From assembly GCA_002633005.1 (NCBI GenBank), contig NMRA01000019.1, forward strand, positions 584,343 to 648,342: DNA of 64,000 nucleotides, given 5' to 3'. Source of the stretch: Phoronis australis (taxonomy: Eukaryota > Animalia > Phoronida). Positions 1 to 14,669 of the stretch are shown piece after piece. The position numbers and the translations under genes are program-made. Positions within the stretch are counted from its first letter, which is position 1. Every line of letters begins with the position of its first letter. Below the pieces are notes generated by a model. The model ran no database searches. It saw only the letters and a list, made by a program, of their open reading frames with translations, and was not told where the DNA came from.

Positions 1-3000
1 TCTAAACTCAGCACGGCTACTCGAATATGTCACACTTATACAATAGATGGCGCTTTAGCAAGGCCGCCTCAGGTGTCTTACAATGAACGAGCTGACACAT
101 CGCGCCTGCTGTCGAGCGAATGCAAATAACAACTAAAGAAATGCTTTTGGGCGTGAATTTGACAAAGCTTTAAAAATAATCCCTTGACTCACTAAACTGT
201 TTTTAGCATCTAAGCACAATTGGCAACATACAAGTATTGATAACTTAATTTCGGCGTTTTTCGTTGTATTGCGCTGGATTCTTGATGGACGAATTCAGAG
301 ATTTACAGGAGTTATCTCTCGCGACAAACCGTTTATCGACGCTTGCACGTACCACAACAGTAACGTTCCAACATCTATGCACGTAGTCTGTATAATCCGT
401 TAAAAACATTTTCGAGCATGGGACCAGTCTGAACATGAATCAAAGCATGGCACAACCAAAAAGTAACATCATTTAGTAACTCATACTTCACGCGTTGTCA
501 TCGAAACCGTCTGGTTCCATCGATGTGGTTTGTAAAGGACCTATTAGAAATGTCCACAATCGATCTAATAAGATTGTTGTGGTCCTTTAAGTCTAATGTA
601 GACCCTCTTATCACCGTGTATACAACGAAATATACTTTTAATGGTCTGCGTATTAGACAGTCGACGCCAGGGATTAAGGGATTTCTTCATACAAAAAAGA
701 AGTCGATTATGACAGAAAATTATTAATTATACTAATATTCTTTTGACTTATCGCTCTGTGATTTGAGTTGGCAGAGTCTAGCTCTAAGTCCGTATCATGA
801 AAGACTTTGGGAATCGCTCTTTGGCACTGATAAAGCCATATCAATTTCATGTTTTTGACATGCTCACACCCACCAAGTTGTTAACAATATTTCAAGTGAT
901 ATATATATTGTAGACGACCTCTTGCGAAGGTTATTTTACCTCAGCTGTTAAAAAAAAACGTAAGAATTGTTTTCAATAGTTACATTCATCTCCAGATTGG
1001 TCTTAATATTTGAATTGTAAAAATAATAGCAAATATTCTTAGATATTTTTTAAACGTCATTCCTTGTATATTGTATTGTCTAACATTCTGGCACGAATTT
1101 TTTTTAATAATAATATTATTTCTTCCATTTTTCTCTTTTGTACCATACAACCTTGCCGTTACCAGGTGTAATTTTAACTCGGTAATATTAAAAGTTGGAA
1201 AAAGGCATTTAATTCTTAATAAGAGAATCAACTACGCACATAAGTTGCGTGAGCTATGGCGAAGCTCTAAATTAATCTACATTTTTAATTTAATTCTATT
1301 TATCAATTCGTAAAATGTTAACATTTATTTACATTCTGAAACAGGGCGTAGAATTTGATTTTTAAGTTATTCCCAGAAATCTTTGGTTAACGTTATATTC
1401 GTTTACACAAATGTAAAACATGATCCAACAGGGCTATGCTAGCTTCATGGTACCTCCTTACCCTTGTATTAGCGTTTCGCATTAAACACCAGCCGGAACT
1501 TAAAAATAAAGCCAAGGCGATAACGTGATTATGGGAATTTTAAGTCAGTAAAACTGCATTCCACTGATAATACGTCTAAAACAAATATATTAAAATGTTT
1601 TGACAACTAATTTCTCTAACAGTCGGTACTCGGCTGTCTCGCTACCCCTTCCTATCTGATAAGGCCTCTTGATTTTAATCAAAAGTATGTCCCATACCTT
1701 GCAACATTTCAACTCAGGAGTAACACGGCGAGGACCTAGCTTGACCGAGACAGGTTGGCGAGAAATGCGTGATAACGAACTGATAGGTTCTATCAAAATA
1801 ATCATCTTCATAAGTGTACGAGAATCCGATAATAACGCAAATGTCAGGCTGTGAAGAGATATCGATAAGAAGACACGAGATGAGCCTAGCTACGAATTAT
1901 CGTTTGAATGTGGAACGCGCGAGGCGTGAACGAAAATTGTGCGCATTTCTTTTCTATCTCTTTTCTTAAATGCACGAAAAACGTATAAAATTGCAACAAA
2001 TAATTTTAATCTAAACCCTGCAATAAAGCCATTTATGTAGACGTCTTCTGCGGTGAAAATTCAAATTGGTTGATTGAATTTAATTGACTTAGTCACCGTG
2101 CCAATCATGCAGCACGCAAAACAGTGAACGAGAGATAAAGATGCAAATAATTAAAATAACAACACAGAAAATAAAATTCGTGTTCTTGGTAACACAGGAA
2201 AGCGTGACTCTAAGTTGTGGAGACACAGTGTGTATTTAGGAATTTTTGTACTCTGGCAATGGTCAACTACTGTACGTGTCAAAATGATGACCGGACAGTA
2301 AAGTGCCTCGGTCACCGTACAAGTTGGCTTTTGGCCCTAAACTTCTGAATTAGGTTCTCGAAATCATGAACATAGATTTGAATTAAAAATAACCATTCTT
2401 ATACATGGATTTGTTTATTGTAATGCTATTTTCAATTTCAAAATTTCTCTAATCTACAATATTTTTTGTCAACACAATCTCTGGTCCACAATGTATTTAT
2501 TACACAACACCTCTAATCCACATTCGAATAATCGAATGATGACGCGATTACCGTGTGCCTCCACAAAAGTGTGTATATTCTCGTGAAAATGTGCCAAAAT
2601 ACGTCGTATTATACATTACTATACATAACTGTGTCGTCTTAAAACATATGGCATTTATGAAAACCAATAAGTTTATTACTTATAAAATTATGTGTTTTAA
2701 AATTTACCTACATAATTTTTTTTTAATTATAAGCTTGTCCATTTCTGTATTCAGCGAAACGAAAAAATATGTAAATATTGCGTAACATTTTTATTTGTGC
2801 TATCCAAGCACGAATTCCAATATTTTATTGTAAGTTGTGTTAAGCTGTGTTTTTATAGCTTGCTAAACTAAAGTTTGTGTTAAAATCTTTATTTTTTTCA
2901 TTGGCCATGATAAAAAGCAATCAAGCATGTTAAAAATACAGGCCTACACTTTACTCGTCTAATTATTAGTAAAGTGATCCAACCAGTGGCGCGTTCTCAG

Positions 3001-6000
3001 AATTCAGTTAGATGCAACAGTGGTGCATTTGAAAGGAGTTTATCTTATGTTTTGTATCTTCTTTGGGTATTTTTAAGCTTGATTAGGTCACGGGCGTTAG
3101 ATACAAATCAAAGCTAACGTTGGCTTAAAGAGGAATTTATCAAGAAACTTTGCGCGGGCACATTTTATTAATTTCTAAATTAGATACTAGTCTGGCCCCC
3201 AATTATTTGAACTGTCAGAATAAAATTTTATTCTTTTCCTATCCCCATTACCTTGTGGCCTTATGTACAGCAAAAGGCATCAGGTCACCTGCACCCATTT
3301 TTTTATCTCCATTACCGAAGGACAGCCATCATGAAAACTTCTTAGTAACAAAGTAAAGTTCTGTTAGTGTACCACGTTAACTCGGCCTTGCTCATGCGCA
3401 AGGCTCCCAATTGAAATTTCTGAATTTGTGTCTTGTCATTAAATGGCAATTCCAAGAGTTGTTAGATGGTGAGGTGATTCCTTTCCGAAGAGCACTTGGC
3501 TTGGGGATCGGCTTTAGACGTCGAAATTTGAGATTTATCTGGTCCTGTCTATGACACGTTATTGACGACAATTGAACAAAGTAAAGTAGCGAGAACGGTT
3601 AGCCATCCTCGTTAGATAATACCGTCCACAAACAGGAGACACGATAAGTGCGAATCGTATTGTTTCAGCGCTATTGTCCACAGTGGCACTCGAGGCCGTG
3701 TGTAAATTTATAAATTGATGTCAAGAATGGCCTTATGCAATTCGTGTAGGAGCGGCAAATAGTCGATGAATAGTTGTGCACACACGAGGAGGGTTAATAG
3801 ACAGCTAAAAATCCGTTGTCCAAAAGTACCCATCACAACATTAAGGCGTTTCGCGGTAGAACTTGTCAATTAATTTCTCAACAAACGATAAATTAATGCC
3901 TATTTTCAAACGTGTTAAGCCTTTTGTTTTCTTGATTTTCCCAACTCGCAGTATCTGAGCAAATAATCAACCTTTTATTAAGAATGGCTACCCGTTTTAA
4001 ATTCTGGAAAATGACAGACAGGAAAGCAATTTAACTGAATTGGTTTGTTTAAATAAAACGTTTCTCATTGCTTAGTCGGATGATACCATTTACTGTCATA
4101 TTTATTACGGAACAAACTCGACCGGAATGCGGACAACGGATAACTCAAACACTATAGAATGACAAACGCCGGTCGGTGAAAAAACAGTCAACAAGGAGGT
4201 AAACACGAGCGCCGGTTTACTCGATGGAAAGAAGAATTTGTTGCATTTCTCCGTCATCTGTTGAAAAGGCTGTTACCAACAATTGTAGTTGGGCTTTCAA
4301 TCCACTCGATGCCCACTCGAAGCCTCAATCTTTGCTCGCTCTGTTAGTTCTAGAGACATTTAATCTGTTGGTAATGACAAAATTCAAATGTATTGACTAA
4401 TCGTTCTTGACAAGTCCAAGTATAAACGCTTTGCCACTTGTTGAAGTCTTGACATTCCCAGTCTGATCCGGTTATGTGGTTTAATGTTCGAGAGCTTGGA
4501 TTTTAAGAAATTTCGAGAGAGATCGACAAAGTTGGTTGCTTGTTAAAATTATTTACCCTGCATCGGTCTTGTTGTTTGTATATTTTACAGCTATGTAATG
4601 CTAAAATCCGTCTTCATACCTGTCACTCAAACCAAGTGGCCAGGAATGAAAAGCGATTGTTTGCGTTATCATCACGCTCCCAAATCCTTTGCCTAATTAC
4701 CACAGACCCAGACAGGTGCGTTTAGAGCAAACAATAATAAATTATGCTTGAACGTGTCTATTTCCACCAACGTATCAATTACATACATTATATTAATTAA
4801 CAAGTATATTTGAAAATTTGTTTTCAAAACTATATGTCTATTAGTATTGCTAAACCGGTTTTTTAAAACAGTAACTCAGCCATCGAAATCGAGAGCATTA
4901 CAAAATTATTCCCTAATTGTTACCAATATAATTTCGTTGCTATTCCCTTTCCATAGAACAATGATAAAGAGTGCACTGTCCAATTAACGCGTGATTTTCC
5001 ATAGACGGGAAAACGTTTCAGGTAGTTTCCTAGGTCGCCTTTTCTTTCTTTCCAATTTAGTCTTTTTACCCACTTTTTGTTGTAATAATTTCCATGACAT
5101 ATTTGCAGTGTAAATTAAATAATGAAAAGGCGTTTAATTACATTTTGGTATCAAAAGACGCAAAAATAGTAAATTTCAATCCAAACTCTGTTTTTTAGAA
5201 TAAATCATGGACCGCTGAATAAAATGATAGAGTGATGTGCGTGGAACATGGAAGTGGTTTTAGGAGCACAGGTAAATGAAAAATATACATAACGTGGGTC
5301 ATCATAGAATTTGTTACTGTCGGGACTGCTACATCTGCAAACACTTGAGCCAAAAAAGAGTGAGATAACGAGGCTGAGAATCGTTGATTCATTGCCCCTA
5401 ATATTTGACGAGCGGTTTACACGTCACTATTCTGAAGAGTGCTAATCCCCGCGGAGACAGTGTTAAAACCAGGCTCAATGTTTTCGTGAAAATGATCACT
5501 CAAATCACAATAGAAAAACAAATACATTAATCGAGTACTTTTTGAAGACCGAGTAAATCACAACTCTTCCATCGGTCCAGGAGTGTGGAAAGTCTGGGAC
5601 TGAAAGATTTTGGATTGTCCCAGCTTAACGAAAGCTACTCGAAAATTTACCTTCAGAAAGACAAGCTGGGGATGTGTTGATGAAATCCAACAAATTGTCT
5701 CCGGTCTGCCTTGATTAATTGCGCGAGCAGTTTTTTTTTTCAGTGGAAAAAAGAAGAATACTGAATATTCAAGTGTAAAACCAAAAAACGACAGTAAAAT
5801 TGACACCATCAGAAATAGAAATAGTGATATTAATAACGTCATAATCCATTAATTAAAACATGCATTTGCTGCAAGCTATTAAAACAATCAGAAGGAAAAG
5901 ATGACTTGATGGATATGAAATTATATTTAAAGTGAATTTCAGCTTGAAAAGTTATTTTTTTAAGTTTTCAAGTTCAATCTAAATGGGTGATTTAATGAAT

Positions 6001-6699
6001 GGACAAAAAATAACCATTATGCATTGTAACGAAATAGCGAGATCATTTAGGATATCGGTTTATTGCATAGTCAGTATCGCCGAAAACTCACCTGAAAATG
6101 GTTAACCCTGTTCATTCGTGATATTTCAGAGAAATTGACATCGATTTTGACAGCAAAGTGTCACGAAATATAGAAGCAAAACGTGTTTTACCAGCATTGT
6201 TTTGCTTGCATCATTTATTACAGTACATTCGTGCAATATCCGCTGTAATGTTTGGCTAATACGTCAAAACCTTTGTCACAATCATTAAAGAAAAGGTCAG
6301 TTTTTAATATGTACATCCATTTATTGTATTTTTCCTATTCCTGCAGTAATGTGCTCACGTACATGTATAGACACCCTTTTCATGACCAACGTTTTGAACA
6401 AGCCTGGGTACAGGAACGTGTATTTTTCGGACAGATGTTAATATTTCAACCCATGAGGGGTTGAGCGTGGTAGACCCAAGACTTTGTGACATCTTAAAAC
6501 ATGTTTAGGTCCTGAATTACATCACGAACCTGTTACGGTTCTTTTTATACGTTAAAACATTTAGCTTCGAACGCTAAGTAATCGTCGAATTCCACGATTT
6601 TATTATTGCTTGAAAAAATATAATTACAATTTTACACCAGAGCTCTCGAGCATTGCTGAATTACGAGAGGCGCAAACACCTCACTGTACAGCTTTCTCC

Positions 6700-6960
6700 C
6701 ACCCGCCGCTCAACTCGGCAGGTGACTAGAACGGTGGTAGTCCGCGTCTTGGACCGAGACCGTGGATAAGTCGGGTCAAAAGCCCAGTGGCGCCAGAAGT
6801 TAACTCAAGAGATATTAATATAGATTTGATAGGGCCACTCACGGCTAATCTAACAAGGAGCGATTCACACCAGTCTATTGCAGTAATCCTCTGTACTGAT
6901 AGCAGCCCAGGACAGTCGACGGGAGAGGTGGCTACGCGCCATTAATTACTAATTTACTGT
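6700..6960 (+). mobile_element. Possible decayed SINE-like repeat
   Basis: GC-rich ~260 bp block in AT-rich context with a very degenerate tRNA-like head, just upstream of a microsatellite tract. No clear A/B boxes or TSD. Confidence 0.2.
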
Positions 6961-7074
6961 TAATTGTGAACGGGGAGGGATTATGGGACGGCGCAGGTAT
7001 TTATTGGTCATATGTGTACTTGATAGGGAGGGGAAATTGATTAATTTCATAATTTACATTCAACCCAAACAAAA

Positions 7075-7164
7075 CAGCAAAAATAACAATAACAATAATA
7101 AGAATGAAAATTATACTAAGAATATTACTACAACTAATGATGATGACGATGACGGTGATGATAG

Positions 7165-7205
<41 letters not shown>

Positions 7206-7270
7206 TTGATAATTATAATAATAAAGGTAGCACTAATCATAATTATACTAATAATAATCATAATCATGAG
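7075..7270. repeat. Compound trinucleotide microsatellite (AAT/AAC)n-(GAT)n-(AAT)n
   Basis: Direct reading; a near-pure GAT run lies at ~7138-7210. It explains the poly-D, poly-M and poly-I ORFs in three frames. Confidence 0.95.
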
Positions 7271-8017
7271 TCGACTACAGACCAGAACTAACTATGCTTT
7301 TTTGGCCTTAGTGAACACTCTGAAGAGCTCGAGCAGACTCTTTTGGAAGTAAATTTGTTGCGGAAACAGTCGTTACACGCATCGATTTCCTATACTTGAG
7401 TATGCTGTAGATTCCCGTTTTTTACCAGAAAGACATGAAGACGATTGCTAAACAAAGATCGTGCTATCTTAATTAGCAGCGAGGACGTTTAATTTCGCAA
7501 TCCGCGAACTCATTTTCAGCTAATCAAGATCTTCAGCTAATGAACATGTCTTGTCTTAGCTAAGACAACGAGTGATTAACGTGTGATAAAAAGGATTCAA
7601 TAACATAGAATTTTTGATGGAATGATAATCATTCTGAGGGTACGGAGAGTATTTCTTCGGTCAAAAGCGGGGAACACTCATCGTGTGCGTGTTACCAAAA
7701 TCTGAAATTTAAGTGAAAAAGATAAATAATTATCTAAATAATGATTATGCTATTGAGATCGCTATAGACTAGACAAAGACCAGTCGGAAGGCTAATTTAA
7801 AAAAAAACGTTCAATTGTTTTCTCACGAAAGAATAATACAGTTTTGGAATTATTGTTGGACGGTATAGAGTCCCTAAAGTTATTAGCTTTGATCAGAGAT
7901 AAAAATTCACTTTTTGTGATTTTTTATCGCCAACTGCGGCAGTTGTCGTGTCAGACATTCGCTGAATCAAGTATGGTTACCACTTAAATGCTCTTAAAAC
8001 ACACTGCTATTTACGGA

Positions 8018-8175
8018 GTGGTATTTAACTCCGCTAGCAAAGCGTTTGTCTGCGACCACGGGTGTTCCGCGTTCGATTCGGCGCGGAGGCTGATCTTAGA
8101 AAATTACTCTTCTCGAAGCGAATTTCTTCCTCAGAACACACATGGAACATGAATACAATTTAAATCTTAAATTTA
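8018..8175 (+). mobile_element. Degenerate tRNA-derived SINE-like fragment
   Basis: B-box-like GTTCGATTC at 8071-8079, preceded by a tRNA-length GC-rich segment and followed by an AT-rich tail. A box is poor. Confidence 0.3.
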
Positions 8176-9045
8176 AACGAAGACAAGGATGATGGTTGAT
8201 AAATTATAATGCACGTACAGGTTCAAAGTAACTCATTCTCGTGTGTTGACACTGCTAATTAAATGCAATAGTTCCGAGCACCATCATTCAACACTTCAAA
8301 AGTTTGCTAATAAATTTAAAATCTGACACGGAGACAGCCTTAAGCGTTTGCTACCCGTTATATCAGCGAATGAATTTGTTTAAAGGTCTTTGTTTGAAGT
8401 TTTGATTAATTTTTTCGGTGCTTCAATCCTAGAGTTTGCGACCTTCAAATATATTTATAATTTTACCTTACTAATCTCTTGAACTCAATTGCTTGGTTCA
8501 TGTGTGCACACACTAGGCCAATGACAATCAAAGTGTTCATTGTTTGCAAGGATATGGTGCAGATTTCAGTAATATAAGTGCTAGATTTGAATTCTACGAC
8601 TGGAATTAGGTAGTAGAGATATTTTTTCTATCATTTTTTACTCATTAAAAGTCAATCAAATCTCATTCAAAATGACTAAAACATTGCATTATTTTTACGT
8701 ATCCACCAGAACTTAATATATAATTTTCAGGTTTATTTCTTGGGCTTTTGTTGGTGCACCAACCGAATGGTGGTCAAATGAAATTAAACTTGGTCTTTAC
8801 ACAAGTAGAAAACTGATGGTGCAAACACGTGTATCGTTGTGCGAAAAGTTTATGGTTCAGTGGCATTTTTCTATATATGGCCCTTTTTATGTTCTAAATA
8901 GAAAATTTAAAACAAAGAAAAAACTTTTTGATGAATAATAGTTCAAGTCTCAGGGAAATTGACGGCATGAACATAAAAAACGGCAACAGTTTTAAAGAAC
9001 TGCTTCGTGTTAAATGAATACAAAGTATATACGAAAGTCAGACTA

Positions 9046-9231
9046 AGACGTTTCGCTTTAGACTCCAGTGGAGCACCAGTATTTGCTTTTATAAAACAAA
9101 TAAAGGTATAGCTGACTGTGTGGTTCTTACCGCGTCCGAATTACCGACATGATGCAGTTCTCCAACCAACCTTCTGTTTTCTTATAAATCAAACACTCGT
9201 GCTGTTAACTGAAGTCTAAAACGAAACGTCT
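9046..9231. mobile_element. MITE-like element with ~60 bp imperfect terminal inverted repeats
   Basis: Left AGACGTTTCGCTTTAGACTCCAGT... is the imperfect reverse complement of right ...ACTGAAGTCTAAAACGAAACGTCT; similarity continues ~60 bp inward. Confidence 0.7.
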
Positions 9232-9264
9232 AACTCTTGTATACATTGTATATACGGGAATACG

Positions 9265-9424
9265 CAGGGACGGATGCAGGATTTTGAGTTAGGGGGGCAG
9301 GGCAAAGTATTAGCCAGGATTTTGTCCGTCAGACATTCGCACCCCCAAACTGCCAAATGGAATCTGGAAGTATTTTAGGGGGGGCATGGTCCCCTTGGCC
9401 CCCCCCCCCCTAAATCGGCCACTG
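9265..9424. mobile_element. Short G/C-run MITE with CAG...CTG termini (family copy 1)
   Basis: TIRs CAGGGACGGAT / ATCGGCCACTG; closely similar to 14670-14814; flanks ATACG/ATATG resemble a 5-bp TSD. Confidence 0.75.
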
Positions 9425-9866
9425 ATATGAACGTGACTTTCACAACTATTTCCGTTCCTTTTAAGACTATAGCAAAAATGAAATCATACATGTAAAAAGT
9501 TAGAGTTTTTATTGTTTCGTACTCTAAATTCGCTAAACATGCTCACCGATATGTCATAATAAAAACACTTTCACATTTGCGCATTTGTTGTGGCTCTCTA
9601 GAGAACGATGTGGTTGAAATGTCACAACTGTTCTGTACACTTTCAATGACTATGCCACGTACATGTAAACATAGAAAAGTATATGAGCTAGGTGCGTATT
9701 AGGCGAAGATGTCTTGCCACACCCTCGCTGCCCCGCCGTACCGTGTAAATAAAAAATGGTAGCCATATGATACAACGTGACGTGTATGGCACAGAGTTGG
9801 AAATGATGTAGAGCAGGTCATAAAAGATCTTCTCAGATGCTACAATTATTTATACGATGCATTATA

Positions 9867-9940
9867 CATGGGCGGCGCACCATAGGGGGCTGGGGGGCTG
9901 GAGCCCCCCTCCCCACTTTTTCAGAGCTGCGCCGCCCACG
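9867..9940. mobile_element. Tiny G/C-run MITE
   Basis: TIRs CATGGGCGGCGCA / TGCGCCGCCCACG; flanks TTATA/TCATA; internal GGGGGCTGGGGGGCTGGAGCCCCCC. Confidence 0.6.
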
Positions 9941-11640
9941 TCATATTAGTCGCTGAGCACATCACAAGGTGTGCAACACTGGTTGTTAGGTTGCCATGCC
10001 CTTACAAAAGAGGTTTCGTTATCATTCGCCCATTGTTATGAAATCACTGCACGGGTTCGTTTGTTGAAACTACATGATCTATTATAATTCTGAATATTTG
10101 TGACGTTGCATGAAAAGGTGAAGACACTTTGGTTCTGAAAAAGTGGAGCCGAAGAAAGAAAAGCACTCGCTCAGTTCAACACAAGAAATTTGCTTGGGTC
10201 GGAAACAGATTCCAACACTTAAGTTCAGTGCCCAAGAGCTTTAGGCCTATAGTGGGTTGTAGACGTAATTTCTCGAGCAACTTAGATGAGTCTCTTCATC
10301 TTTTGAATTAAAATATTCCGCTCAGAGAATAAATATCAAATCCCAAACCGAAAAAGCCAAGACGAGAAAAGGCAACTCACATGTTTAATCAAAATTATAC
10401 CCATCCTGTAAATGAGTTAGAGTTAAATTTCATCGTGAATTTCGTGTTGAGAAAGGGACCCATACGCGTCACATGCGACACCGGGCAGTATAACCTTTGA
10501 AAAATGTCGTGAAAGTGTTACTCAATGGTTGTTTCCTTATATGGTTTAACCCCACCTAGTTCCTGAAAAGGACGTGCAATATGTAGCTCAAAGCGTTATC
10601 GATGACTCGATATTGGCTGGTGTTTGTTCAAAGTGAAGCTTTGGACGTCTCATCTATTGGACTTTAATTGCTTCATTAACCGCGCTGTTGAATACAATTC
10701 ACCGGCCATTGCGAAACATGACGAGCTCATTAACGAAAACATACGAAATGACACAAAGCTATTGACGCGCACTTTTCACAATAACAGGGCTGAATTTTTC
10801 TTAGATTCAATTAAGACAGTTAGCCCAGAGTATTAAAAGGATTTCGACGAACCATATGTTGGGATCACAGACTTCGGCGGCTGAATGAATGTGAGGATCA
10901 GCGGTGTTTTCTCTCCAATCCCGAGATTCCGTTGTCTACACTGATTACAAGAAATTACACGCGAGCTCATCAATACAGCCTTTGTGACCATACGTCCGGT
11001 TATTATTTTAATTACGTCATCAAACCTAGCATCGTTTTGGTGACTGAAGGCAGCGAATAATATTGAAAGATCACAGGCGGGCACTAATATTTTCTTAGAT
11101 TATTAAAAGAAAATACTGTGTCACACTTATACCCCTGTAAAGGTAGAAGGACATAAGGAGCCACGTGCTCCAAGAGTAAGACGCGTGCGAGATTTTGATA
11201 GCAGAATGGTAAACAAAGTGACTGAAAGTCGTGTTTGTTGTTACAAATTTTATGATAAACATTCTATTATAATACCACAGACGTGAAACGCGTGCCGACG
11301 CAGACGATAGCGAAACGTTTGTAAGTGAAGATAGCTTGCGTTCCTTTACATAGACCCTTTTGTAATATTTGGCAGGTTGTTTTCGCGTGTTAACCATACG
11401 CAATAAACATTATTTTCTTGGAAAACATGGGTAATAATAATTAAAGACCAAGTAATTCCAGCAACGTCATTATAGTACAAAGTCAAGACACGCGAGGATC
11501 TGTTCCGAGGCATCACCCTTCCCGGTGAGCGAAATTGGTGCATTGTTGGTCAAGGAGACATTTTGTCTGCTACCAAAGTGCACCAATCCATTGACTAATC
11601 TACTGTACTTAATACAAAAAAGTCCAATGAACGTAGGGCT

Positions 11641-11645
11641 ATATA

Positions 11646-11678
<33 letters not shown>

Positions 11679-11690
11679 ACATATACATAT
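11641..11690. repeat. (ATATAC)n microsatellite
   Basis: Direct reading. Confidence 0.95.
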
Positions 11691-13732
11691 TTATTTAAAA
11701 TATATCAGAATAGGAATATCTCAAACATGTTAAAGCGGTGGCTTCGTCGAAATAGAATATTGTGGGCCTAATGTTGTGTTTGAAATGGTCTCACCTCACA
11801 GTCAAATGCGGGATCATGCAGATTTAAAATGAAAGCCAGCCCGAAATCGCCAATCAACTCTCAAGCAGCTGTGTAAGTGATTGTTATGAGCGAGTAAACA
11901 AGCGTTCGCCTCATATAAACAACTCAGAATACATACAAGTCATTAAAGAATTTAATACGTTAAGGCATTCGACCTGGCTTGACAAAAACCCGTAGATGTC
12001 TTACGTCATTAACTAACTTATAAACTACACTGCCTAATTTTAAAAATGTTGATTTTGCGTCAGGCTTCTGTTATTTTGACTTTTGATAACATCGCATGAC
12101 ATCAAATTTCTCAATGACGTCCCGAGTACTAAGGATTAGAAGACATTAGGTGTGACGGAATTCAAACTGCAATTTTGGATTTATAAAAAACGAAACTTCT
12201 TGCCTTAGAATTTTGGCATCAGCTTGATTTACTTAATAATAATTCAAATAACATAACTTAACATAAGCGCCATCGAATGACATTGACGCCCTTGAAGAAG
12301 GTCAAAGTGGACTCTTTGAGCTCAGGTAACTCAAAACCGCAGCTGGTGACCCGCCAATTTGTTGCTTGCGTCATATAAAACATGATGGGATCAAAATGTA
12401 GCCTTTTGAGAAGAAGCCAATACATTGAAATTTGAGGTACTTAAAATCCATAAAAGAACGCTTACTTACACCGCGTGTACGACCACGTAAGAAATCAGTA
12501 AACCGCTGGGAAACCAATTCAAGCGGTTAAAACATACAACTGACATCGTACCACGAAATTAATCGGTTTTCGAAAGAATGTTTTAATTAGAAGTGGCTTT
12601 TGAGTAACCGTGATGTAAATTTTCAATTTTTGCCTGAGGTGCTTTCTTTAGATAGCTGTAACAGAAAACTAATTCGGCAGGATGACCGTTACATTTTTGC
12701 ATATTTGTAGCAGGCAATTAACAAAAATAAGATTTTTTTTAAAAAATCAATGTAAATTACAACTGTGACCACCACACCCTAACCATAATGAATAGCGTAC
12801 GTGACGACGGTCTGCTTTCTGTTTTATAACTTTCATCCTTAGCTATTTCCTGTGACACCGGAGTCGCCTCACAGAAACAAGTCTTGAGGGGGACAAGAAA
12901 ATCCTGTCAGTGACGTATTAAAAATGCAGTATCTTATCACAATGTTCAAAGTACCGTATCTAGCAATGCAGATAATGAGATCAAAATTTGAAGCAGTAAA
13001 AACCCCAATTTTGACATAGTCTCTACACAGTCATGAATTTGGTCTCAAATTGCACCTTAGTCAAAATAAGCTTGATTTCTTGGCTGGAATTATGAAAACG
13101 TCTACATTGAACAAACAACAAACGGGCGCACACACGGCAAACAACGCGACAAGTTCCCGTTCTTCATTGAGTCAATAGATGTGTTTTGCACTCAGACTTT
13201 TACGAGAATTCGCACCCGATATCAGGTTTCCAAGCGATGAACCGACGAGACAATTGAAACATATACTGAACAGCCGACTATCGTAAAAAAGAGTCGACGT
13301 AATAATACAACTCCGCAAATTCAGCTCAGGTGACAGCAAAAATCGTCAGGAGTTGGGAGAAAAGAATCTGTTATTAACTTGGAAAATTACAGTTCACGAG
13401 AAGAAATCAACAAGCAAGTAGATATATGCGTGTAACATATTTTATTTTTTTCCTCTATAACTTTCATGAACCAGACGAGTTAACAATTTGAAATGTTGAT
13501 TCAAAAATCCGTAAAAATTTGTTGACATGAATTTTCCTTGCAGGGTCTACATGTATGTTCGAGCACACTGAAGCCATGCAAGTGTGGCTACTCCTGACCA
13601 AGTCCGTAAAATTTCAGGTCACGACGTGACTGCAAATGTTACGAGTTTGGTCTGGACAAAGACTAGACCAATTTCACAGCAGTGTGTGGAATTAATTAAA
13701 CCTTATTGTTTTTTGACAGAAAACTCGATTAT

Positions 13733-13769
13733 GGCCTCCTTGCCCCCCCCCCTCTAAATCCGCCACTGA
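13733..13769. mobile_element. Orphan right end of the CAG...CTG MITE family
   Basis: GCCCCCCCCCCTCTAAATCCGCCACTG matches the right ends at 9424 and 14814. Confidence 0.6.
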
Positions 13770-14669
13770 AACCATTTGGCTAAAGGAGAGGAACAACAAT
13801 TTTAAAGCCGTTGGGAGTCTAAATCAAAATTTATTTTTTCGACAGAATTCGGGTTCATTGCCTTTTAAAACTTATAAAATGTAACACACAATCAAGTTGG
13901 TTTGAAATATTTGAGATATGCCAATGGAAGACACAATGAAGTATAATCAATGAAACAACTACCTAAGCAATCTAGATTTATGGTTTATTAATGAGTAACA
14001 AATCGTTCATACGGGTGCTTTTTTAGTTTTCATTCTTTTTAAAAAACGTCAATACATCATACAAGGATGGCGTAGTTTGAACAACACGACCTTGGACTTA
14101 CGACGAAGTGAGCACATTGTGACAAGTCAGTTGACAAATTCGCTTAATTGTTTAAACAATAAAACAAACATTATTCTTATTATAAGACTTAGTTCCTATC
14201 CAAATAAACACATACTTCAAATGTGTGAAAACGCTCCGCTTGTTAGAACGGCACGTGTGTGTTTGAACGAAGATGTTTAAATACGAGTTTCAATATTGAA
14301 GTTGCTTGCTAACTCGGACGTATGAATGAAACCATCATCGTGACGGTGAGAAGCGGAAGGAAAACTGTTTGTCTGTGAGCGCTGCGTTAGATACATAAGC
14401 TTATGGGCCGAGATTACACAGCTACATGTAATCTGAAAACAAAAAATAATGTAATTTTTCTTTCTTATTGTAATTCATGTAATGCCTGAGAAAAGGACCC
14501 GATGTTACGTGAATACCAACATCCAAACCGTTTTACTCAGTCACTGCTAGTGAAAACAATTTTTTGTTAACGTCACGCACCAAAACTTTTAAGTAGGACT
14601 ATTTTACAGCAATTAGGGAGAATGTTTTTGCAGATCAAATTACTTTTGCTTAAATACTACAAAAGTGTG

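Noticed and set aside
6983-7352. Overlapping poly-Asp, poly-Met and poly-Ile ORFs
   Set aside because: Products of the (GAT)n/(AAT)n microsatellite, not genes.
7551-7568. Perfect 18-bp palindrome TTGTCTTAGCTAAGACAA
   Set aside because: Isolated, with no context suggesting function.
11960-12785. Possible TTAA-type transposon remnants
   Set aside because: Repeat-like texture, but no matching pair of TIRs could be established by eye.
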